Shown one piece after another: positions 57,081 through 64,000 of a DNA stretch of 64,000 bases. Under the pieces are notes generated by a model that was not told the origin of the DNA, ran no database searches, and saw only the letters and a program-made list of their open reading frames with translations. The DNA is from Thermoleophilia bacterium (GTDB lineage Bacteria; Actinomycetota; Thermoleophilia; Gaiellales; Gaiellaceae): NCBI GenBank assembly GCA_031393705.1, contig JANMWB010000078.1, positions 879-64,878 on the forward strand. The letters are read 5' to 3'. How positions within the stretch are numbered: the stretch's first letter is position 1; the number at the start of each line of letters is the position of its first letter. A program made the position numbers and the translations under genes.

Positions 57081-57685
57081 GCCGCGTCCTCTGGGACGTC
57101 GACACACAGTTCGACTTCGTCTTCCCGGAGGGGAAGCTGTACGTGCCCGGCGCGGAGCAGGCGCTCCCGGCGATGGCGCAGTTGGTCGACGCGGCCCGCC
57201 GCGCCGGCATCCCGCATGTCGCGAGTGCCGACGACCACGAGTTGAGCGACCCGGAGATCTCACCCGAGCCCGATTTCGAGACCCTCTGGCCGCCGCACTG
57301 CCTGCGGGGAACGCCCGGCGCGATGCGGCCGCCCGAGACGCAGCAGGCCGATCCGGTCGTGCTCGGCGAGACCGAGGTGGACGCCTCGTGGCTGAGCGGG
57401 CGCGAGTTTCTCCTTCTGAAGAAGGCCTACGATCCGTTCACGAATCCGAACGCCGAACGGCTCCTCGCTTTCCTCGACCCGCAAGAGATCGTGCTCTTCG
57501 GCGTCGCCACTGATGTGTGCAACGACGCGGCAATCCGGGGCCTGCTCGCCCGTGGCCGGGCTGTGACCTTCGTGGAGGACGCCTCCCGCGGTCTGGACGA
57601 GGCCCGCACCGCTGCGTGCGTTGCCGCGTGGCGCGAGGGTGGCGTGCGCTTTGCCACGACCGCTGAGGTGCTCGATGCGCTTTAG
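57077..57685 (+). CDS. pncA: Nicotinamidase / isochorismatase-family cysteine hydrolase
   Basis: GTG 57077 (GTGA overlap). DVDTQFDF and catalytic Cys in GVATDVC. Confidence 0.8.
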   Translation: MSRVLWDVDTQFDFVFPEGKLYVPGAEQALPAMAQLVDAARRAGIPHVASADDHELSDPEISPEPDFETLWPPHCLRGTPGAMRPPETQQADPVVLGETEVDASWLSGREFLLLKKAYDPFTNPNAERLLAFLDPQEIVLFGVATDVCNDAAIRGLLARGRAVTFVEDASRGLDEARTAACVAAWREGGVRFATTAEVLDAL

Positions 57686-57715
57686 GGGCAGCCCGGTGCT
57701 GCCGATGGGTAGCTG

Positions 57716-59329
57716 ATGTACGCCGCCGACGGGTACGCGATCTCCGATCGCCAAATCCTCAACCACGTTGTTGCCGTGCCCGTGAGGGCATCACACGCGG
57801 TCGTCGCAGCCAGCGGTTTCAACATCAGCCACTTCATCTCGAACTTCGTCCTGACCTGGATCCCGGTCATGTTCTTCGTCCTGATGTGCGTGGTCGTCTG
57901 GCTGCTCTGGAAGACGGTCAAGCTGATGCCGCGCGTCAAACCGATGGAGATCACGCCGGGCTCATCGTCCGCTGTCACGTGGGCCGACGTCGCGGGGCTC
58001 GACGAGGCGAAGGAGGAGCTGCAGGAGATCGTCGACTTCCTGCGCGACCCGGACCGCTTCGAGGCACTCGGTGCGCGCGTTCCGAAGGGCATTCTCTTTC
58101 ACGGTCCTCCCGGCACAGGCAAGACGCTCGCCGCGAAGGCTGTCGCGAACGAATCCGGTGCGCGGTTCTACGCGCAGAGTGCATCCGCGTTCGTCGAGAT
58201 GTTCGCCGGCCTCGGCGCCGCGCGGATCCGCAAGCTCTTCGAGGAGGCGCGCAAGAACGCCCCGTCGATCGTGTTCATCGACGAGCTCGACGCCGTCGGT
58301 ATGGCACGCAGCGGTAGCGGCTTCAACCGCGAGCAGGATCAAACGCTCAACCAGTTGCTCGTCGAGCTGGACGGCTTCGGTCCGCGCGACCAGGTGGTCG
58401 TGATGGGCGCGTCGAACCGGCTGCAGGACCTCGACCCCGCGTTGCTGCGCCCCGGCCGCTTCGATCGCCAGGTGCTGATCAACCCGCCCGATCTGAAAGG
58501 CCGACGTGCGATCCTCGATGTGCACACGCGCGGCAAGCCGCTCGACGAGGACGTCAACCTCGACGCCGTCTCGCGCCAGACCGCGGGCCTGACCGGCGCC
58601 GATCTCCAGAACATCTGCAACGAGGCCGCAATCGCCGCGGGTCGCAACGGTCGCGCCATGCTGACCCACGCGGACTTCGACTACGCACTCGAGCGTGTCG
58701 TCGCCGGTCTGCAGCAGCGTCGTGTCGTCACCGACAAGGAGAAGCGCATTCTCGCCTACCACGAAGGCGGCCACGCGTTGATGTCGCACCTCGTCGGCAA
58801 CGCCCCGGAGAAAGCGACAATCATCGCGCGCGGTACCGCGCTCGGCTACGTCCTGCATCTGCCCGAAGAGGAGCGCTACCTCGAGACGCGGGAGGAGTTG
58901 CTCGACTGGATGGTCATGGCGCTGTCCGGCCGCGCCGCGGAGCAGATTGTCTTCGGCCGCGTGACCAATGGCGCGGCGAACGATCTGGAGAAGGTGACGC
59001 AGGTTGCGCGTGCCATGGTCTTCGAGTGGGGCATGGGCGAGTCGGTCACGTCGCGCACGATGCGCGCCGACAACTACGCGCTCTCGGAGGAGACGAAGCG
59101 TCTCCGCGACAGCGAGCAGGCCCTGCTGACCGACGCGGCCTACGCGGACGCGCTTCGCCTGCTCGCGAAGCACCGCGCCTCGCTCGATCGCATCGCGCTC
59201 GCGCTGCTCGAGAAGGAGACGCTCGACCGCGACGAGCTCGCAGGGCTCTTCGCGGACATCGAGCCCGAGTCGCGCTCGTCAGATTCGGTCGGCACGGTGC
59301 GCGCGCTCGGCGCAGACCCCACGGGCTAG
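57716..59329 (+). CDS. ftsH: ATP-dependent zinc metalloprotease FtsH (short N-terminus)
   Basis: Walker A GPPGTGKT, Walker B IVFIDELD, SRH region, and HEGGH zinc motif in AYHEGGHALM. Only one clear TM (FVLTWIPVMFFVLMCVVVWLLW) precedes the AAA module. Confidence 0.88.
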   Translation: MYAADGYAISDRQILNHVVAVPVRASHAVVAASGFNISHFISNFVLTWIPVMFFVLMCVVVWLLWKTVKLMPRVKPMEITPGSSSAVTWADVAGLDEAKEELQEIVDFLRDPDRFEALGARVPKGILFHGPPGTGKTLAAKAVANESGARFYAQSASAFVEMFAGLGAARIRKLFEEARKNAPSIVFIDELDAVGMARSGSGFNREQDQTLNQLLVELDGFGPRDQVVVMGASNRLQDLDPALLRPGRFDRQVLINPPDLKGRRAILDVHTRGKPLDEDVNLDAVSRQTAGLTGADLQNICNEAAIAAGRNGRAMLTHADFDYALERVVAGLQQRRVVTDKEKRILAYHEGGHALMSHLVGNAPEKATIIARGTALGYVLHLPEEERYLETREELLDWMVMALSGRAAEQIVFGRVTNGAANDLEKVTQVARAMVFEWGMGESVTSRTMRADNYALSEETKRLRDSEQALLTDAAYADALRLLAKHRASLDRIALALLEKETLDRDELAGLFADIEPESRSSDSVGTVRALGADPTG

Positions 59330-59340
59330 GGTTTCTCTCC

Positions 59341-59889
59341 ATGAAGCCCGACTGGCCGCTCGAGACCGAGCGTCTTGCGTTGCGTCCGTTCGAGGAGCGG
59401 GACCTCGACGCGTTCTTCGCGATCCAGTCCGATGAGGAGTCGGCGCGCTGGCTCTACAACGAGCCGCGCACTCTGGATGAGACGAAGGCGCTCCTGGCCA
59501 AGAAGATCGCCGGCCAGCGCTTCACCGCCGCGGGCGACTGGCTCGCCGCCGCGGTTGTCGCGCGCGACACCGGACAGCTCGTCGGCGATCTGTCCATGCA
59601 GTGGGTCAGCGAGCAGCACAAGACCGGCGAGATCGGGTTCATCTTCGATCCCCGGTACCGGGGTCGCGGCTACGCAACGGAGTCGGCCCGCGCATTTCTC
59701 GCCTTCGGCTTCGAGGGCATGGGCTGGCATCGGATCATCGGACGCACAGAGGCGCGCAACACGGCGTCTGCTCGCGTCCTCGAGAAGCTCGGCATGCGCT
59801 GCGAGGCGCTCCTCGTCGAGAACGAGTGGGTCAAGGGCGAATGGCAGAGCGAGCTCGTCTACGCGATGCTGGAGCACGAGTGGCGCTGA
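59341..59889 (+). CDS. GNAT family N-acetyltransferase (RimJ/RimL-like)
   Basis: ATG 59341 within track ORF 59026..59889. LETERLALRPFEERDLDAFF and RGRGYATES acetyl-CoA loop. Confidence 0.85.
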   Translation: MKPDWPLETERLALRPFEERDLDAFFAIQSDEESARWLYNEPRTLDETKALLAKKIAGQRFTAAGDWLAAAVVARDTGQLVGDLSMQWVSEQHKTGEIGFIFDPRYRGRGYATESARAFLAFGFEGMGWHRIIGRTEARNTASARVLEKLGMRCEALLVENEWVKGEWQSELVYAMLEHEWR

Positions 59890-60284
59890 ATCTTCACCAC
59901 CTCGGGATCGCAGTCGAGGACCTCGACGCGGCGATCCTCGTCTACTCCGACCTGTTCGGCGCGACCCTCGAGCACCGCGAGCGGGTGCCGGACCAAGGCG
60001 TGGAGGCCGCCTCCTTGCGGATCGGCGCGTCCCGGATCGAGCTCTTGCAGCCGCTCGGCCCCGATACGCCGGTCGGGAGGTTCCTGGCCAAGCGCGGACA
60101 GGGGATGCACCACATGGCGTTCGAGGTCGAGGATCTGCCCGCGGAGCTCGAGCGGCTGAAGGCCGACGGCGTGCTGCTCGTCGACGAACAGCCTCGCCGC
60201 GGGTTGTTCGGGCTGCAGGTTGCGTTCGTCCACCCGGAGGCGACCGGCGGCGTTCTGGCAGAGTTCGTGAGTGATGACAGATAA
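59880..60284 (+). CDS. mce: Methylmalonyl-CoA epimerase (VOC family)
   Basis: GTG 59880 overlaps the GNAT gene end. LHHLGIAVEDLD, GMHHMAFEV and FVHPEATGGVLAEF. Confidence 0.85.
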   Translation: MALNLHHLGIAVEDLDAAILVYSDLFGATLEHRERVPDQGVEAASLRIGASRIELLQPLGPDTPVGRFLAKRGQGMHHMAFEVEDLPAELERLKADGVLLVDEQPRRGLFGLQVAFVHPEATGGVLAEFVSDDR

Positions 60285-60507
60285 CACTGACCGCATCAGA
60301 ATCGAGATCGCCTTCGAGGGCACCCAGGTGCTCACCGTCTACGTGCCCGTCGCGACGGCCGACGATCTCGACCGCGCCCTCGCCGGCGCCCACGACAGCC
60401 TCAGCTTCGAGGCAGAAGACGGCCGCTACACCGTTTCCATCTCGAAGATCGTCTACGTCAAGCGTTTCGGCCGCGAAAGTCGCGTCGGATTCGGCACCGC
60501 TGCGTAG
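60271..60507 (+). CDS. DUF3107-like small protein
   Basis: IRIEIAFEGTQVLTVYV...LSFEAEDGRYTVSISKIVYVKRFGRESRVGFG resembles the actinobacterial DUF3107 pattern as I recall it. GTG 60271 or ATG 60274 as start. Confidence 0.6.
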   Translation: MMTDNTDRIRIEIAFEGTQVLTVYVPVATADDLDRALAGAHDSLSFEAEDGRYTVSISKIVYVKRFGRESRVGFGTAA

Positions 60508-60570
60508 GTCACGGGTTTTCAGAGGCAGTGTTAGCCACGTGGCGCACCAGGGCACGGTTTACTAACCGGG

Positions 60571-61155
60571 ATGAGCGAAGCGGCGGTCACCAAGAAGGAG
60601 AGCGAAACCAAGCGCGTGCGCGCTCTGGTCGATCGCGCCCAGAAGGGTGATCGCGCCGCGCTCGAAGAGCTCTATCTGATCCATTTCGACCGGATCTACG
60701 CCTACCTGCACGTCAGCGTCGGCAACCGTCACGACGCTGAGGACCTGACGACGCAGACGTTCCTGAAGATGCTGGAGGCGATCGGGAAGTTCCGTTGGCA
60801 GTCCGCGCCTTTCTCGGCTTGGCTCTTCCGGATCGCCCATAACCTCGCGATGGACCACTTCCGCGCCAACAAGCGCTGGCAGCCAGAGGAGGAAGTCCCG
60901 GAGCCGGAGCCCGACGAGGCGACGTCGGCCGAGGCGGGCGCCTTCGAGTCGATCGGCCGCAAGTCGATGCTCGAACTGATCGAGGACCTTTCGCCGGAAC
61001 AGCAGCAGGTGCTGACGCTGAAGTTCGTCTTCAACTTCGCGAACGCCGAGGCCGCGACGATCCTGGGTAAGACCGAAGGCGCGATCAAGTCGCTCCAGCA
61101 CCGCGCGCTCGCTTCGCTGCAGAAGCAGCTCGAGAAGCGCGAAGCCGAATCGTGA
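60571..61155 (+). CDS. ECF-type RNA polymerase sigma-70 factor
   Basis: Region 2 FSAWLFRIAHNLAMDHFR and region 4 LSPEQQQVLTLKFVFNFANAEAATILGKTEGAIKSLQHRAL. Confidence 0.88.
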   Translation: MSEAAVTKKESETKRVRALVDRAQKGDRAALEELYLIHFDRIYAYLHVSVGNRHDAEDLTTQTFLKMLEAIGKFRWQSAPFSAWLFRIAHNLAMDHFRANKRWQPEEEVPEPEPDEATSAEAGAFESIGRKSMLELIEDLSPEQQQVLTLKFVFNFANAEAATILGKTEGAIKSLQHRALASLQKQLEKREAES

Positions 61156-61176
61156 TCCGCTAGCTACCCTCCGGCC

Positions 61177-62100
61177 GTGGCACTCGAGGTCGGCATCGTC
61201 GGCCCGTCGGGCAGTGGGAAGACCTCGCTCTTCACCGCGCTGACCAAGACGGGTGGTGGCGAATACGGGAAGACCAACGTCGGCATGGCGCCGATCAACG
61301 ACGCGCGTCTCGGCGCACTCGCGGAGATCGTGAAGGCGCGCAAGATCACGCACGCGACGATTCGCGTCCAGGACGTGCCGGGCGCCGGAGAGGCACAGCT
61401 CGGCAACCTGCGCCAGGTCGACGCACTGCTCGTCGTGCTCCGCGGCTTCGGCCCTGACGCCGATCCGGCAGGCGATCTCGAGACGTTCAAGCTCGAGTTG
61501 CTCGTCGCCGACCGCGACCATGTGGAGCGGCGTCTCGAGCGCGTCGAGAAACAGGCGAAGTCGGGCGACGCGAAGATGCGCACCGAGGTCGACGAGCTCA
61601 AGAAGGTGCTCGCTCACGTCGACGCGGGCGGCGAGCTCTCGACGTACACGGGCGAGCTGCCCGGCGAGCTCGAGCCACTGACGACGAAGCCGATAATCGC
61701 GATCGACAACGGGCCCGGCGGGATCGACCTGCAGCTCGAGGCGGAGCTGGCCGAGTTGCCGGACGACGAGGCCGCTACCTACCGTGACGGCGGCGCGTCA
61801 GCGCTCGACGACATCGCGGGCCGCCTGGCGAGCGCGCTCGATCTGATCACGTTCTTCACCGCGGGGGAGCAGGACACGCGCGCGTGGACGCTGCGCAACG
61901 GTGAGACGGCGTTGGACGCAGCGGGTGCGATCCACACCGACATCGCACGCGGTTTCATCCGCTGCGAAGTGATCAACTGGCAAGACCTCGTGACTCTCGG
62001 CTCGGCGGCCGAGGCCTCGAAACAGGCCAAGCAGGGTCTCGAAGGCAAGACGTATGTCGTCCGCGACGGCGACGTGCTGAACATTCGTTTCAACGTTTAG
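61177..62100 (+). CDS. YchF-like ATPase (short, divergent P-loop)
   Basis: GTG 61177. C-terminal FFTAGEQDTRAWTLRNGETALDAAGAIHTDIARGFIRCEVI...YVVRDGDVLNIRFNV is the YchF TGS/DUF933 region. The P-loop reads GIVGPSGSGKTS. Confidence 0.8.
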   Translation: MALEVGIVGPSGSGKTSLFTALTKTGGGEYGKTNVGMAPINDARLGALAEIVKARKITHATIRVQDVPGAGEAQLGNLRQVDALLVVLRGFGPDADPAGDLETFKLELLVADRDHVERRLERVEKQAKSGDAKMRTEVDELKKVLAHVDAGGELSTYTGELPGELEPLTTKPIIAIDNGPGGIDLQLEAELAELPDDEAATYRDGGASALDDIAGRLASALDLITFFTAGEQDTRAWTLRNGETALDAAGAIHTDIARGFIRCEVINWQDLVTLGSAAEASKQAKQGLEGKTYVVRDGDVLNIRFNV

Positions 62101-62165
62101 CGCCGCTCAGGCGTAAGGACGGTGGCCCAGGCGACAACCTCGGAGGTTGAGGCCGCGTCGAGACG

Positions 62166-62663
62166 CTAATCGGTCGGATCGGCCCCCAATCGAAAGTTCC
62201 CGTAGAAGAACTCCCTCTTGGCCGCTTGATAGTCCTCTAACGACCGTCCCTGGTGCGACCGCTTCAGCGCGTTGTATCGCTCGATGAGGGCAGGGTCGGT
62301 TGCGATACGCCGCCACGACTCCCCATGGTGCAGGTCATCAATATTTCCGACCACTGTCAGTGCGATTTCGACTCGCGGCTCGGATGACGGCGCGTAGAAG
62401 TAGGCGCTTTCCCGCCACCTGTCTCGATACATCGGCTCATACATCTCGCAAAGCACCTCGCACGCTGCCCCGTATTCCTCCTCAAGTACACGCACCTGGA
62501 GATCGACGTCCCCGCTGGTCAGCAGTCCGGGAACCGAACTTCCACCAACATGGCGCACCTCGACGTTCGGCAGCCGCTCACGGATCCTACGAGTGTGCTC
62601 GTCGTAGGCCGCCTTCGCCTTGTCGGCGATGAGGTCAGAGAGGAAGAAGCGCATGCCCTCCAT
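62166..62663 (-). CDS. GrpB family protein
   Basis: HVGGSSVPGLLTSGDVDLQV nucleotidyltransferase-fold motif, plus WRESAYFYAP and ALIERYNALKR. Local G+C is about 60% by hand count. Confidence 0.8.
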   Translation of the reverse strand: MEGMRFFLSDLIADKAKAAYDEHTRRIRERLPNVEVRHVGGSSVPGLLTSGDVDLQVRVLEEEYGAACEVLCEMYEPMYRDRWRESAYFYAPSSEPRVEIALTVVGNIDDLHHGESWRRIATDPALIERYNALKRSHQGRSLEDYQAAKREFFYGNFRLGADPTD

Positions 62664-62682
62664 TACGGAAGGCTAAGCGACA

Positions 62683-62844
62683 GTCAGGGTGCACTGCGGA
62701 ACACTCGCCCAGGCGAGCGCAGTGGTGGCTGACACCACCGCGGTGCCCGGCGGCCAGGCGGGTGACGTCGAGGTGTCAGACACCAGTTCGACCCGCTCTG
62801 TGCGTCGACCGTCAGAGTGCACTCACGACACTCGCCCAGCCGAG
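62683..62844. repeat. Imperfect about-35-nt direct repeat pair (29/35 identical)
   Basis: GTCAGGGTGCACTGCGGAACACTCGCCCAGGCGAG at 62683-62717 and GTCAGAGTGCACTCACGACACTCGCCCAGCCGAG at 62811-62844. They sit in the 225-bp spacer between GrpB and a small ORF. Hairpin GGTGG-N6-CCACC (62724-62739) and palindrome GGTGTCAGACACC (62772-62784) lie between them. Confidence 0.5.
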
Positions 62845-62888
62845 AGATACGATCGGCGCCAGCACTGCTTCCAATGGGAGGAGTTCGC

Positions 62889-63047
62889 ATGCCTTATGTC
62901 GGGGTCGGAGTTGTAGTGTTATTCGTTCTCGTAGTCGTCGCCTACGTGGTCTGGCGGTTCAGGCAAGGCGGCCAGATGGAGGCGGGCGGATCGATGGGAC
63001 ATCAGATGTTCGGGCGCGACAGGGACGAGTGGGGCCCAAAACCCTGA
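62889..63047 (+). CDS. Hypothetical 52-aa single-TM protein
   Basis: ATG 62889 with GGGAGGAG about 6 nt upstream. MPYVGVGVVVLFVLVVVAYVVWRFRQGG... The longer track ORF from 62817 lacks an RBS. Lower local G+C. Confidence 0.45.
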   Translation: MPYVGVGVVVLFVLVVVAYVVWRFRQGGQMEAGGSMGHQMFGRDRDEWGPKP

Positions 63048-63093
63048 GAGCCCCATCCGGTGTTCGGATGCGGACGCCGGGGGTTGTCGCTCC

Positions 63094-63921
63094 TTAGAGC
63101 GAGATCAAAACGACGCCGGTCAGCGTGAGCACGATGCCGGCCTTCTGCATCCGCGCGACGCGCTCGTGCAGGACCGACGCCGCAAGCAGCACCGTCACCA
63201 CGGGGTAGAGCGACGCAAGCACCGACGTCAGGCTGACGAGGCCGTGGCTCGATGACGCCGCGAAGAAGACGTTCCCGAGCGTGTCGCCGATCCCGACGGC
63301 GAAGACGATCACGAGGTCGCGCGGCCGCAGTTTGAGCGGTGTGTGCCGCGCGGCGACGATCGCGGCGAGCATCAGCAGCGCGGTCGCACGAAAGACGAGC
63401 GACGCCCACCAGAAGTCGACTTTCCCCGCGGCGTGCATCCACGGGAAGTAGAAGCCGAACCCGACGGCAGCGAGCAGAGCGAGGCCGACACCTGCTGCCA
63501 CGCGCGGTGATCCTTCGTGGTGTTCGATCGACGCGAGCCCGACGCCGGCGAGCGCGCAGGCGATGCCCGCGACCTGCGGCGCGGACGGGCTGTCACCCGA
63601 CGCGATGCCGAAGATCACCGGGACGATCGCGGAGATGCCGGCGATCGGCGCGACGACGCTCATCGCGCCTGCCTGCATGCCGCGGTAGTAGGCGAAGAGG
63701 CCGAGCATGCCGCCGAGCGAGGCAAGGATTGCGAACAGCACGGCCCAGCCCGCCGGCCCCTGTCCCCGGATCGCCACGGCGAGGCCGATCGCGAGTAGGC
63801 CGCCGACCTGCGCCCAGAAGAGGACGGGTAGCGAGCCGAGCGTCCTGCTCACCAGCGGGCCGAAGAAATCGGCGAAGCCCCACGCGAGACTCGCGCCCAA
63901 CGCGAGCACCAGCGAGCCCAA
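63094..63921 (-). CDS. EamA/DMT-family transporter
   Basis: 275 aa with ten hydrophobic segments in two similar halves. TTG start 63921. Confidence 0.85.
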   Translation of the reverse strand: MGSLVLALGASLAWGFADFFGPLVSRTLGSLPVLFWAQVGGLLAIGLAVAIRGQGPAGWAVLFAILASLGGMLGLFAYYRGMQAGAMSVVAPIAGISAIVPVIFGIASGDSPSAPQVAGIACALAGVGLASIEHHEGSPRVAAGVGLALLAAVGFGFYFPWMHAAGKVDFWWASLVFRATALLMLAAIVAARHTPLKLRPRDLVIVFAVGIGDTLGNVFFAASSSHGLVSLTSVLASLYPVVTVLLAASVLHERVARMQKAGIVLTLTGVVLISL

Positions 63922-63927
63922 CCTGAG

Positions 63928-64000
63928 TTACGGAACTTCCGTGCGGCGGGTGGCGGCGATCGCGTCAAGCTGGTTCGCGTGATACAGAACTCCAGCCTCG
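63928..64000 (-). CDS. 3' end of an unidentified gene running off the window
   Basis: Open minus-strand frame ...EAGVLYHANQLDAIAATRRTEVP ends at TAA (63930-63928), 6 nt upstream of the EamA start. Too short to identify. Confidence 0.25.
   Translation of the reverse strand, partial: EAGVLYHANQLDAIAATRRTEVP

Overview
High-G+C bacterial chromosome segment; the 60-nt lines I hand-counted are mostly 63-80% G+C. It spans the replication-origin neighbourhood. The minus strand carries gyrA, gyrB, a DUF721 gene, recF, dnaN and dnaA. After a DnaA-box-rich spacer, the plus strand carries rpmH-rnpA-yidD-yidC-jag-rsmG, then parA-parB. Gene content and order suggest Actinomycetota, possibly a deep-branching lineage, because TreT, a System I ccm module and a long-form GyrB are present; this is a low-confidence inference. 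The rest is densely packed housekeeping or accessory metabolism. It includes PBP1A, a Ser/Thr kinase, Moco genes (moeA, moaC, mog), class E sortase and an MprAB/PepD-like two-component plus HtrA module. It also includes an RsbW-like kinase with treT-otsA, ccmABCD-hemX-hemACD, a SAM-turnover cluster around tRNA-Phe, arginase and rarA. The last stretch holds pabBC, NAD salvage genes, a short FtsH, an ECF sigma factor and a YchF-like ATPase. Two tRNAs are present (Ile-GAU, Phe-GAA). I saw no rRNA, CRISPR array, transposase, integrase or recognisable defence system. Many genes use GTG or TTG starts and 4-nt start/stop overlaps. Many long track ORFs are off-frame artefacts of G+C-rich DNA. I found no convincing novel multi-gene system. 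The observations most worth a second look are: a free-standing LAGLIDADG-like gene in a lower-G+C patch that splits the TCS-HtrA module; the tRNA-Phe 3' end lying 1 nt from the ahcY start codon; a partial ccm module fused to heme biosynthesis; repeated palindromes in two noncoding spacers; recF lacking any canonical start; and an in-frame 15-bp x3 repeat in pabB.
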